From positions 42,050,134 to 42,114,133 of the forward strand of contig NC_068982.1 of the NCBI RefSeq assembly GCF_001194135.2: a stretch of DNA of 64,000 nt, given 5' to 3'. The stretch is from Octopus bimaculoides. Its lineage: Eukaryota. Both the position numbers and the translations under genes were made by a program. Under the pieces are notes generated by a model. That model saw only the letters and a list, made by a program, of their open reading frames with translations. It ran no database searches and was not told the origin of the DNA. This document shows, in pieces, positions 38,960 through 50,904 of this stretch. The stretch's first letter is position 1. Each line of letters opens with the position of its first letter.

Positions 38960-39962
38960 TAGAAGTACTCGGGTAAAGAAGAAAAAAACAAAAAACAAAA
39001 ACAATGGGTCGCTGATGATATACTGGAAGTATGCGGTACAATACAGGCTCTGAACAAGAACAAATGAATAGATGCTGAAGCAGCTTGATTACATACACAT
39101 CGCTGTGAATTGGAGAAGTTCAGAAATGAAATGAAGGAAACCAAGGAAAAGTGGTAAACAGACACCATGATAACATCGAATCTGAGATAAAGATGACAAC
39201 AGGAAGGCTACTTTTGAGACGCGTGCACGCAACACGCCCCCCCCCCTAAATGTTAACAAAAGCGAAGCAACTAACCGCTGTTGCTATTGGGACTGCTATT
39301 ATAAGAAGCTGATCATGACCCCACCGCCCTGGATAATGTCACTATTAACAACAGAGGACTTGTGCATGCTCGGATACACCATAACGGAGTTGAAGAAACG
39401 ATGCGCATGCTCAAAGAAGGAAAACCACAAGAGGTTGGCAATATCCTAGCAGAGACCCTGAAATATGATAAACCATTATTCATCGATACAGAGGAAATGC
39501 GAAACAAAGTAAGGGAAGAAAATGAACCCAATCCTTCGCGATACTCTTTCTAACGAAACGGAGATAATACTCTGCCAGTATAGAAGAACCTTTAGTTTGA
39601 TCAGCTACCCAGTACAACGCTGCCGACAATTCTCGTAAGCAGGCTTAAATGAAAGGTGAAAGAAATATTCGCAGATGAACGGGCAGAATTCGGATTATAA
39701 AGTAGATATCTAACTCCAGATTGCAGAGCGAGAAACATCTCCAATGCCATGTAACCCATTCCTCAACTTCTTTGACTTCAAAAAATCTTTTAACAGTGTC
39801 TAGCATAAGATTTGGTGGCAAATAATGAAGTATTTCGGATTCGACAGCAACTTCATCCGAGTGAGTCAAGCACTGTATGGAAATTCAAATTGCGCAGTTC
39901 TCCTGTATAACAACACAGCAGACTTCTTTAGGAGAACAGGAGGTCTTCAAGGCTGCGTCACG
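38960..39962 (+). mobile_element. Decayed RTE-clade LINE (reverse transcriptase region)
   Basis: KQWVADDILEVC, EETMRMLKEGK..VGNILAETLKY, KEIFADERAEF, NFFDFKKSFNSV.HKIWWQIMKYFG..FFRRTGGLQGC. Many stops and frameshifts. Confidence 0.85.
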
Positions 39963-39976
39963 AGTAGTCCAGTATA

Positions 39977-40430
39977 CAGGGTGACTGAAAAGTAACTCTC
40001 TATTTTAAAATACTGATAAATTATTTATTAATTGTAATTTTTTTCTCATTTTTTTTTTGTGTTTGTATTTTGAAATACGAGAATTTATTCTTTAATTGTA
40101 TTGCTCTTGTCTGAATGACAAGATGACTGAATGCCCACTTTCCCAGGTGATGGACGGATCATTGTTGTCCGCATGAGTGGCCAGTGAGAAGTCTCAACTT
40201 AACACCCTGTGACTTCTTTCTTTGGGGTTGGTTAAACAAACAAGTCTACTGTACCAAACCAAAGACTTTGGAAGAACTTGAAGGGCGAATATAAGAGGTT
40301 ATGTTTTTTTTCCATCCCACAAGAGTTTCTGGTGAAATCATTTGACGCAATTCCTGGGCGACTCAAGAAGCTGGTGGCGACATCTGGATCCCAAATCAAA
40401 ATTTAAATAAAACCGCATACTAAAAGCTTT
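39977..40430 (+). mobile_element. Tc1/mariner-superfamily fragment (WPxRSPDL-type C-terminus)
   Basis: TA|CAGGGTG start. Encodes WPVRSLNLTPCDFFLWGWLNKQVY..KPKTLEELEGRI. Confidence 0.75.
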
Positions 40431-40494
40431 CCTCTCGTCCATATTTTTGTAAAAATTACAATTTATAAATAATTTATAAGTATTTTACACACAC

Positions 40495-40566
<72 letters not shown>

Positions 40567-40719
40567 GTGTAAATCAAGCGAAGGAAAAAAACAATTCCTT
40601 CAAAGAGATGTAAATATTCAATTCACTGGTACAACAGTTGAATACCACAAATAAAAGTGGGGTAAATACAAATATTAAATGAAATAGAGAAATGCAATTG
40701 ACAAACTAACAATTTATTT

Positions 40720-40812
40720 ACATTACGATATAATATAATTTACATTATAATATAATATAATTTACATTATAATATAAGTTACAGTATAATATAACTTACA
40801 CTATAATATACT
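40720..40812. repeat. AT-rich ~18-23-bp tandem repeat
   Basis: taatataa(t/g/c)ttaca(t/g/c)ta units. Confidence 0.75.
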
Positions 40813-41432
40813 AAAAAATATAAGTTAACATAACAAATGAGAAAAAAAAAAGAAAAAAAACAAAAACAAATAAAGCTAGCAATTTGCTTCGACTTATATA
40901 CATTAGTTGATTTATAAAAAGAATTTCTATCTATGTATACAAGTCTCTTCAGGGCCTTGGTTCAGAAAAAGAAAAAAAAAAACTGACGAAATTCCATGTA
41001 CAGAACTGTCAAATTGCCAAAATCCTGATTCAAAATGCCTACGTGTAAGTATGTATACATATATGTGTGTATGTATGCGTGTATGTATATTTATCTATTA
41101 GTGTAAACGTATACATTTGTATAAGTGCATACATGAATACATGCATGCGTACATGTATGTACGTATTTATGTATGTAGTTATATATGTATGTATGTATGT
41201 ATGTATGCATGTATGTATGCATGCATGTATGTATATGAGTGTGTGTGTGTATGTATGTATGTATGTGCGTATGTGTGTATGTGTATATGTAGGTATCTAT
41301 ATGTGTATATGTATGCATGTTTGTACGTTTGTGGTGTTTATGTTTGGGTGTGTGTGTGTGTGTTATGTGTGTGTGTGTTATGTGCGTGCGCGCGCATGTA
41401 TGAGTGTGGGTGCGCGCGTACGTTTCAGTGTT

Positions 41433-41466
<34 letters not shown>

Positions 41467-41639
41467 TGTGTGTGTGTGCACGCGCTTGTGTATGTGTGCG
41501 TGCGTTTAAATAACAGGGTTGTGGGAAAATACCTTTGGACAGTTCTGCGTACATTATACAGATGATAGGTGAGTTAAAAAAAAAGACTTCAATTAACTGT
41601 GATTATCGTTGCAGTTAAACAATAAAACCTCCATGTAGC

Positions 41640-41975
41640 GTTGTGGTTTGTATTTAACTCACACCCTCTCGCTAATGAGCCCTGCTTTTGACAAGCATAC
41701 ACGACTGCAAACATTGCAGACCAAGCTTTCCCCATTCACTATTTGAGCCGTGCGCTTTCGCGCAGCTCGCTTAAGTTCTTCATGCTGGATACGTGCTCTC
41801 TCAAAAGTATCGATCCCCTCCTTAACCTGCTTCCTCCATCCGTGGCGATGACACGCATTATTCTCCCAGTCAGTGTCCTGCATATCACAGGCCTTTAATG
41901 AGGACTTGACACAGTCCTTAAAGCGCAGCCTTGGTTTCTGCCGGAGTCTCCTTCCATTCACAAGTTCTCCATATA
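41640..41975 (-). mobile_element. RTE-clade LINE 3' end (C-terminal domain with zinc knuckle)
   Basis: YGELVNGRRLRQKPRLRFKDCVKSSLKACDMQDTDWENNACHRHGWRKQVKEG..KRAARK..LVCNVCSRVCLSKAGLIS. Truncated by a gap. Confidence 0.9.
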
Positions 41976-42668
41976 NNNNNNNNNNNNNNNNNNNNNNNNN
42001 NNNNNNNNNNNNNNNNNNNNNNNNNNNNNNNNNNNNNNNNNNNNNNNNNNNNNNNNNNNNNNNNNNNNNNNNNNNNNNNNNNNNNNNNNNNNNNNNNNNN
42101 NNNNNNNNNNNNNNNNNNNNNNNNNNNNNNNNNNNNNNNNNNNNNNNNNNNNNNNNNNNNNNNNNNNNNNNNNNNNNNNNNNNNNNNNNNNNNNNNNNNN
42201 NNNNNNNNNNNNNNNNNNNNNNNNNNNNNNNNNNNNNNNNNNNNNNNNNNNNNNNNNNNNNNNNNNNNNNNNNNNNNNNNNNNNNNNNNNNNNNNNNNNN
42301 NNNNNNNNNNNNNNNNNNNNNNNNNNNNNNNNNNNNNNNNNNNNNNNNNNNNNNNNNNNNNNNNNNNNNNNNNNNNNNNNNNNNNNNNNNNNNNNNNNNN
42401 NNNNNNNNNNNNNNNNNNNNNNNNNNNNNNNNNNNNNNNNNNNNNNNNNNNNNNNNNNNNNNNNNNNNNNNNNNNNNNNNNNNNNNNNNNNNNNNNNNNN
42501 NNNNNNNNNNNNNNNNNNNNNNNNNNNNNNNNNNNNNNNNNNNNNNNNNNNNNNNNNNNNNNNNNNNNNNNNNNNNNNNNNNNNNNNNNNNNNNNNNNNN
42601 NNNNNNNNNNNNNNNNNNNNNNNNATATATATATATATACAAACGAAAGAGACATGCAACACAGTATA

Positions 42669-43548
42669 CGTGGTCTGACCAATAGGTATCCGGACTGTTG
42701 CCATAGTAACAAAGCTAAAGCACGCAAAGTGAAGCTACTTAGCACAGATTGACCTTAAATTCTGCTGTGCATGCGCACTAAGTTTTAATGTTCTAGCTCA
42801 CTTCCTCTGTTTACAACAGAACTTGGAAGGAAGGTGTGTAGTGTGTGATCGTCGCATTGACCATGACAGAGAAAGCTGAGCAGAAAATCTGCATCAAATT
42901 TTGCCAAAAGCTTGGTGATACCTGCTCAGAGGCTTACGCAAAGTTTTCAAAGTTCTCGACACAATGAAGTAGATCTTGTGCAACTTGAAACCCGAGTGCC
43001 TTTTTGGTCAGCTGAAAGCAGTTTTGGCACAAGCTTGGCAGACACACATCTCATTCTCTTCAGTGATAATAGACTGAAATGAACCGTAACTAATCTGCAC
43101 ATCCTCTGATAACTCACATATGGTGATTCGACGATTTCCCCTCACAGCTGTACGCACATCTGCGATGTTTCTCTCAGTTCTGCTGCTTGCAGGTCTCCCA
43201 GAACGTTCGTCAATATCGAAATTCTTTTGGCCATCTTGGAAACGTCTAAACCACTCGTGCACTTGTGTGCGGCTTATACACTCCTCTCCATATACTTTCT
43301 GAAATTCTGCGTAGGCTTCTGAGCAGGTATCGCCTTGACAACTTTCTCTGTCACGGTCAATGCGACGATCACACGCTACACACCTTCTTTCCAAGCACTG
43401 CTGTAAACAGCAGAAGTGAGCTACATCTTTAAAACTTAGTGCGCATGCGCAGCAGCGTTCAAGGTCAATTTTTGTCAAGCGGCTTTACTCTGCGTGCTTT
43501 AGCTTTGTTATTATGGCAACAATCCGGATACTTATTGATCAGACCTCG
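42669..43548. mobile_element. Mariner-derived element made of two inverted 5' halves
   Basis: TA-flanked, ~285-bp inverted arms. The + arm encodes MTEKAEQKICIKFCQKLGDTCSEAY; the - arm encodes GDTCSEAYAEFQKVYGEECISRTQVHEWFRRFQDG..DERSGRP..VRGNRRITICEL. Confidence 0.92.
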
Positions 43549-44448
43549 TATATTATTATTTATATTATTATTTAAGTTCTATTAAAGTTTTATCATTTAA
43601 AGTTACATTATAATTTAAAGTAGCTAAATTTCTTTAAGGAGCCTACGAAATTTTAAGTTGCCATAGGGCCGAATGAAACTGTCTTAAATAACATATATAT
43701 ACGTGTGTGCGTCCATGTGTGTGTATTTGAGTGTGTGTGTGTATGTACATGTTCGTGGAGTCTTCCTGTTTACGTGGTAACTATTAAGAACTTTCCATAG
43801 TGGGACTGTTATTGACGTGCGATGTACTCCTCTTTATGCATGCTGTTTCTCTGTATGTTGTATGAATATGTCATAACCTAATCTGATACCTCTTGTTTGC
43901 CTGTTTATCTTTTTGTTCTATTACACACACACACACATTTGTTTTTATTATGTTTAAATGTATGTGTGTATGTATAAACGCAAGCACGCATGCATATATG
44001 TATGTATGTATGTGTCATTGTTCAGTTTTATTTCCAGATTTCTTGCCAATAGAGAAAGAGCCGGTTTCTAACCTAGATCCAAGGCTCCTTCATTGGAATT
44101 TCAATATTAACAACAGGGTATGTATGTATGTATGTTTTGTTTTGTGTCTGTATTCTCATGCATATAGTTGCATATCTGGACACCCTCATATATATTCAAT
44201 TGATAAACTTCTGGAAAGTTTTACAGATTTTTACAGTTCCAGTGATGTATGTATGTATGTATGTATGTATGTATGAACAAACAGGAGTAAAACCTACACA
44301 ATATATGAAGTAGTATTCAAAAGTACAGGTGTAGCCATGTTGCTATGAAGTTCACTTTGCAGCTACATGCATCCGGTCTGCTTACAAGTGTTTAACTAGA
44401 AATTAATGTTTGGTGGATTCTCCGCCAGTCTCGTAAGCAAACATTCAG

Positions 44449-45008
44449 GGATCTTTTTTAAAACGGGGGCCACATTTTTCATTAACGAAACACTTTGAAA
44501 CTTGGAACACTGGTAGAATGTGTCATATAAAACTTCTTTTTCTCTTAGTCTTCTTAAAAAAAAAAGAAATCCATAAATTATTCCATGTTAAAGTTGTCGT
44601 ATTTCTGTAATTTCAACCAATCACTGACGTCCATTCAGCCGATATACATTAAGTGCCGACTACATAAACAAACGATTCTGAAACAATTAACCCTAACCCT
44701 AACTCTAACCCTAACCCTAGGGTTAGGGTTAGGGTTAAAGCAAATTTAAAATGAAAAAAGCAAATAAAACGAAGAATCGTTTGTTTATGTAGTCGGCACT
44801 TAATGTATATCGGCGGAATGGACGTCAGTGATTGGTTGAAATTATCGAAATAAGACAATTTTTTACATGAAATAAATTCGAATACAAAAATATTTTTCTG
44901 TTCTATAACACAAAATAGATAAGTATACGAAGTTTGAAAGTCTTTCGGTACCAAAAACACTATGTAAAACATTAATGAAAAATGTGGCCCCCGTTTTAAA
45001 AAAGATCC
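44449..45008. mobile_element. GGATC-ended non-autonomous DNA transposon with a telomeric palindrome core
   Basis: Perfect 37-bp TIRs (44449-44485, 44972-45008), exact 8-bp TSD ACATTCAG, 67-bp inner inverted repeat with 1 mismatch, (CCCTAA)n(TTAGGG)n at 44688-44737. Confidence 0.95.
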
Positions 45009-45179
45009 ACATTCAGTTATTCGACAATACAAATTCCTATTCGTGAAAATAACGTGTAAGTGGCTGAGTATCTCACAGACACTAGTACCATTAAAGCAAG
45101 TCTCATGTCCGTATCAACGTCAAGCAGTATGCTACAAAGCTGAAACTTTGAAGGACATGAATTCTCCAGAGAGCGAGGG

Positions 45180-45325
45180 AAAACTCACTCCCATTATCGA
45201 ACCCAAATATGTGTAAGGCGCAGTCAACTTCGATGAGATTTGAACCCAGTGTGTAGAAAGCTGAAGAGAATACTACAAGGCACTTTATTGGACGCTCTTA
45301 CGGCTCTTGTAAGTTTGCTGAGAGT
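45180..45325 (-). mobile_element. Old SINE family B copy just upstream of OTC exon 1
   Basis: aaggcgcagtcaacttcgatgagatttgaaccc.. resembles the reverse complement of family B. Confidence 0.55.
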
Positions 45326-45429
45326 CTTTTGTCCGACAGTTTTCAGAGAATGAAATCTCTATTTTGTCGTAATTACAGGTCTTTCAAGGGAGATCACCGC
45401 GTTACACATCATTCGCTGAAATTCTCAGA
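45300..45429 (+). promoter_or_regulatory. Putative OTC 5' UTR / proximal promoter
   Basis: Position immediately upstream of the OTC ATG, with CpGs retained. An acceptor-like ttacag at 45373-45378 leaves open an upstream non-coding exon. Confidence 0.35.
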
Positions 45430-45512
45430 ATGTCCCTTCTTCGCTTTATCCGTCCCCAATTGTCTAAATTCTGTGCTTGTGCAACGAACCGTTTGTGTCA
45501 ACAAAATTACAG
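45430..45512 (+). CDS. OTC: Ornithine carbamoyltransferase coding exon 1 (mitochondrial targeting peptide)
   Basis: ATG at 45430 gives MSLLRFIRPQLSKFCACATNRLCQQNY, Arg/Ser/Leu-rich with no acidic residues. Strong donor AG|GTAAGA at 45512/3 in phase 2 joins exon 2 in frame (AG+C = Ser). Confidence 0.85.
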
Positions 45513-45748
45513 GTAAGAAATATATACATACATTACACGCACAAGTGCTAAATTCTCATACTCTCTTATCAGTTTTTATGATAAGAGCATTTAATGGATG
45601 CCACATGTATAGCTTCTGTTACGATAGTTTCTGTAAAATATTTAGTTTGCTCATTCCACATGTTTAAATAGATCCAGTTAGATAATCTATTTAAATTGAA
45701 ATTTAATTCTATAATGATGGGTTTTTTTTCCAAGTTCGGGCATAATTC

Positions 45749-45850
45749 GGATCTATTTTAAAACGGGGGCCACAATATTTTCTTAACGAAACACTTTGAA
45801 ACTTGGAACACTGTTAGAATGTGTCATATAAAACATCTTTTTCTATGAAC
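45749..45850 (+). mobile_element. Left end of a GGATC-ended element (OTC intron 1)
   Basis: GGATCTATTTTAAAACGGGGGCCAC plus the shared subterminal sequence. Confidence 0.85.
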
Positions 45851-46028
45851 CCTGTCATCTGAACAATAAAACTGCCTCTATGTTTTATCAAAGGGACAAG
45901 GTTGAGCAATATATCACATTTGAATACATCCTTGGTTATCATTTCACATGAGATAAGTAACAGATATGCTCAAATTAAAATCTGTTTTGCTTGCGAGCAT
46001 ATGCTCTGACCAACAGCAGAGAATTATG

Positions 46029-46090
46029 GGATCTATTTTAAAACGGGGGCCACAGTTTTCATTAATGTTTTCCCGTTTTAAAATAGATCC
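46029..46090. mobile_element. 62-bp TIR-only derivative of the GGATC family
   Basis: GGATCTATTTTAAAACGG..CCGTTTTAAAAATAGATCC. Confidence 0.8.
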
Positions 46091-47283
46091 CAAGTGTGCC
46101 AGTTGAGCTGAATAAAACTCGAATGACAGGCCAGGACTGGAAGCCGCTTCACCGATTCGACTTTCCGGGACCTTGTCTAAATGTTACTGCGATAATTGCA
46201 TTCCACGTTCCACGTTTGATAACCATTATTTATCTTCAGGTCAAGCACACGCGAAAAACCTATAGGTTGTTTCCCACTTTAACGCCACAAAAAGAAAAAT
46301 TACTATTTACTGTTTACCATCAAGTCACCTGGGTTGTTTCCTGCTTTAACACCGTAAAAGGACTAAACAATAGTGCTAATGCAAAATTGAAATATTATTA
46401 TATACTTTGTGACTCATTATTTTCATGTATTCAGAACCTCTCATTAAAGCTCTAACATCGTAAGTTATTCAATCATAGCAGAAATTAAATTAGCGAAAAT
46501 ATGTTCATGAATGTTTCTCCTTTATGTATCCAGGTAGACAAGATACGAGTAAAGGCACTGCTTGTCGGTTGTCAAAGTTACTTCTTTTGCAGCACTCAGT
46601 GCATGAATACATATGCAAAAAACAGTGTGCCACTTGTGAACGTATTTTCGTTAATCGTATTTCTTCTGTTAATGAATTCTTTAATTTTATTCGAAAATAT
46701 TTAATAATATTTTGCAGTTTCCATGAAAACAAGTTGTTACGAACAAGAATATTATTCAATAATACAAATATTTTAATTTCAGTTTCTTTGTTCCTTTTTT
46801 TATGTTAAGATAAGAAACAACTAGCCGATTAAAAGTGGTGAGTTGTTTCCAATTTCAAATCAGTGGAGTGTGATTTGAAAGAGGGAGAGAGAGAGAGAGA
46901 GAGATTTGGCTGTTATTTCTAGCAGATCGACTGATTGCGTCAGCTTGTCAACGTCAGGGCTGAGCAAGCGGCTATGATTGGGAAAACACTTTGTTTTGTA
47001 CTCATAACCAGCAACTCAAATTCGAATCGTTGTCATGACGACTTCCTGTCAATTTTGGAAGCGGGTGGGAAAAGTATATATAAATGTTAAGATCTTATTT
47101 CCCTTTATGCAATAAATTGATTGTGTACATGTTTTTTTTTAATATATATTTAATTGCGTCACGTACTTGAATGAGCTTGCACAATGTAATAGCTGTACTA
47201 TGTATAACTTTAACTGTGCAAATAACTGTACTTTACTATACAAAAGGGATCATAATTTGAAACTATTTTATCATTCTGTTGTG

Positions 47284-47419
47284 CCTTAAAATTTAACACA
47301 CTCACCGGTAAAATTTCCACATATTTCTTATTTTTATTTTCCTAAAATTTTCGTTGTGTCTTGCAACCTATTCAATCGTGAAGTGGAAATTTTACCGGTG
47401 AGTGTGTTAAATTTTAAGG
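47284..47419. repeat. Perfect 37-bp inverted repeat with a 62-nt loop (OTC intron 1)
   Basis: CCTTAAAATTTAACACACTCACCGGTAAAATTTCCAC at 47284-47320 and its exact reverse complement at 47383-47419. Confidence 0.92.
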
Positions 47420-48084
47420 TACAATAAGAAAATGACTCTCCCCAGACACAACAGAATATGCTTCAACACACGTAATCACATAAAAAATCTTGCAAACCAA
47501 ATCCAAAAACGAAATATTTTATCATAGTTGTGTCATTAAAAACTAAGAAAAACATGAATGTTACATTATCACATTTTTTTCATCTCACTTTTATCTGAGA
47601 TTAGTTTAGAATAATAATTATTATTAAATTATTTTAATTTGAACTCTAACTCACTTTACATATCTACACATTTTGGCAGTTTGGCTAGATAGTTCTTAGT
47701 TATGAGTGGGTGTTACATTTCTGTACACTACATGAGTAACTCAATTATAGCAGGTTTGACTAGTGTAGTGGGGGTGGGATTCTTGATAATAATGAATCAT
47801 CAATAATGATTTGAAATTTCACAATTCCAAATACAGGTACAATATCTACTTTCCAGACAGTAGTGGTTCGTGGTCTGGAACCTCTTATAATCTACTCTAA
47901 TTTATGAGCAAGAACTTTAAATTCCTGTGGCCACCTCACAAGTCTACTGGTACCTTTCTCTGGTGATTTTATGTACATTTATATATTGGAATACTGTGAT
48001 AGACTTGTGTCGTGCTGTAAATGGAATATTCTTGGATAATATGACTGAATCGAAGTAATACTATTTAGAAAGAGTAAACACCAC

Positions 48085-48410
48085 TTTCGTACATGAGTGA
48101 CCATGGGATTGCACTTAAAAAGGTTCCCCTTTGAGGTGCAAAGTCTGGGCAAGGTTGTTTATAGAAGACCAGCAGTCACCCATGCATACCAGCCTCCTCT
48201 CTCCACACCACCGATGTTATCCAAGGGAAAGGCAAAGGCCGATATAGCCTGGCACCAATGACGTCGCAACTGATTTCTACAGCTGAGTGAACTGGAGTTA
48301 CGTGAAATAAAGTGTCTTGCTTGAGAACACAACACAGAGCCTGGTTCAGGAATTGAACTCACTACTTCATGATTGTGAGCCTGACACTCTAAGCACTGAG
48401 CCATGTACCT
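48085..48410 (-). mobile_element. SINE family C-related copy, CpG-depleted (OTC intron 1)
   Basis: aggaattgaactc..gagccatgtacc, versus aatcgaactc..gagccacgcgcc upstream. Confidence 0.7.
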
Positions 48411-49347
48411 TTACAATACTGTCTATAAGGAAGTATAATAGGTATGTATATAAAGTCTGGCTAGGAATTTTCAAATGAAAGTTCTGGGATCAAACCTTGC
48501 TATATTCAGCATTGCACTTTGCTTCTATATGATCAATAAAATAAGTAAGCATCAATGAAAGTGCTTATCACTCAAATTCCATCTTTACTGTCTTTAAGTA
48601 TTAATAATTAAATGTAAGGTCATCAAATGCTGTACTTCTTAGGTCTAGATATCCACAAATCAGCCCTGATCAGGCAAACCTATGGTTTAGGGCATTCCAG
48701 CTAGGACCATCCACCCTCCCTTTTTATATATTTATGACTGTATTATCCAATGAGTCCTTACTTTTTAAAGATGGAAGTGTGTGATTTGAGGAAAATTTGA
48801 CCGTTATTTCTAGTAGGTCAAACTGTGGTTTTGCAAGTTCCTTGTTGGCTCTTTTAGGCTTAGGTATTTAGTTATGCTGTGGTACGATTAGCTTTTTGTC
48901 ATTGAGAACCCAATCTGCCAGCTGAATAGTTAATGGTTCTATCTCAGCATCAGTGCTGCTTGCAGTCTCTTCCAAAGATACAACACATGACAGTGAATAA
49001 CCTCTTTTCCTTTAGTTTTTGATAGGTATCATGTAAAAGGACATTTCACTGCTGAAGGTAATAAAGGCATTATTAACTGAACTGATTAGTGTGGAGTGGA
49101 GGATCGAGAGGGACCTCTCCTTAGGCAAAAAACTGCAATAGTTTAATGTTCTTATTGAGGGCATTTATTCTTAGCTGCATAACACCATGGAAACTAAAAT
49201 AAATCATAGCATGTTTCACTTACAGTAATGGAAGGTTCTTAGAAGAAGTAAATGACTCAGACAAAACATTAAAGTGGTTGAAGCTTCTGCTCAAACCATA
49301 TGTAATGTATAACCTGCTACTTAATTTCTCCATCTCAGTTCCTGATA

Positions 49348-49376
49348 TTTATTATTATTATTATTATTATTATTAA

Positions 49377-49455
<79 letters not shown>
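49348..49455. repeat. (ATT)n microsatellite
   Basis: Read directly. Similar arrays at ~5806-5882 and ~50678-50783. Confidence 0.95.
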
Positions 49456-49671
49456 TAATGTTTTGTTTGGATTATTAGAAATGGATTACTGGTTGTTTAA
49501 TTTAGATATTTATTTAGCTTATTTGATTAGAATTTAATATGAAAAGGATACATTTATTAATTGGGTTGTTTGTTAATTGGCTAGTTGCTATAAATAATTT
49601 GTAAACTTTTATTGAATAATGATTTGCAACACGGGCATGGAAGGAAGAGGAAATTGAGTGTTGCATCTATT

Positions 49672-50110
49672 GCATTATCATCATTATCATTCATTAATGT
49701 CCTCTTCCATGCTGGCATGGGTTGGACAGTTTGACCAGAGCTGGTAAGCTGGAGAGCTGCACCAGGCTCCAGTCTGATTTGGCTTGGTTTCTATGGCTGG
49801 ATGCCCTTCCTAATGCCAACCACTTTACAGAGTGTGTTGGGTGCTTTTAACATGGCACTGGCACAGCAGTTTTCTATGGCACTGACACGAGTGATTTTTA
49901 TGTGGTAATGGCACAGGACTCTTGCAGTCCAATCCTTCTGCTCTGGAGGACAGGTCTTCTTGAGTACAGCAAGGTCCTGGGTATCTTGTTCCTTTGTCAT
50001 CTCATCTGAAAGGTTCAGCATCCTGAGGTCATCATCCATCAGACCCTGTTGCATGTCTTCTTGGGTCTCCCTCTTCCATGAGTTTGAACCACTTTGAGAG
50101 ATTGGCACTT
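49672..50110 (-). mobile_element. RTE LINE 3' end with a (GAT)n tail
   Basis: Minus-strand GRGRPKKT..DDDLRMLNLSDEMTK..LAVLKKT, followed by the gttggcattaggaagggcatccagc UTR and gatgat tail. Confidence 0.8.
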
Positions 50111-50711
50111 CTTTATGAAGCTGTTAGATATTCTGTTATATTAATAAAATTAGGTTTTTTATCCGTTATGTTTTTGATGAGTGAGAAGGGTTTCACTTGG
50201 AAATTAATACCAGCTTATTAGTTACAGACTCGTCATACACACACACACACACACACACAAAGCCAAAAAAAAAAAAAAACTATCCAATTTTAAATTTTAT
50301 TTCTTCAATAATTTCTTGATAATTAAATTGAATTATACTGCTGTTTCATATTATTGCCCTTAAACAAAATGAAACAGCAAAATCATTATTTAGTACATTT
50401 TTCACTCTATTATGTTGTATATTAATTCTGTATTGTGTATATTGGCATATGGCAACAAATTGGCACCAACTTCTACCATTCAAGCATATGTAACAGGATT
50501 TGCTACAGGAGGAAAATTATATAAAAATATTTCTTTCATATTGTTATTGATATTTTGCTATTTTTAACACTGTGATATTGCCACAGATGTTTTCTTGTTT
50601 TTTTCTGTTCACATTTGTCACCTTCCTAGATATAAAAGCTATCAGTTCATTTCAGTTTTTTCTTTAACTATAGTAAAAATAATGATAATAATAGTAGTAG
50701 TAATAATCATG

Positions 50712-50786
<75 letters not shown>

Positions 50787-50904
50787 TGGTATGAAAAGCG
50801 TGTTAGGTTCTTCAAGGACAACATATTCAAAAATAACCCATACTATCTAACTATCCATCTATCTATCTATCTGTCTGTCTGTCTATCTCTCTGCCTGCCT
50901 GATG

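Noticed and set aside
46501-47100. Alternative first exon or a divergent gene (ORFs 46505-46759, 46524-46808; ATG near 47035)
   Set aside because: No recognisable protein, weak splice signals and partial overlap with repeat family E. 45430-45512 is a much better leader exon.
49026-49310. Extra OTC exons suggested by acceptor-like sites at ~49025 and ~49215
   Set aside because: Exon 1 already joins exon 2 in frame, these segments show no OTC similarity, and there is no phase-compatible donor pair I can support.
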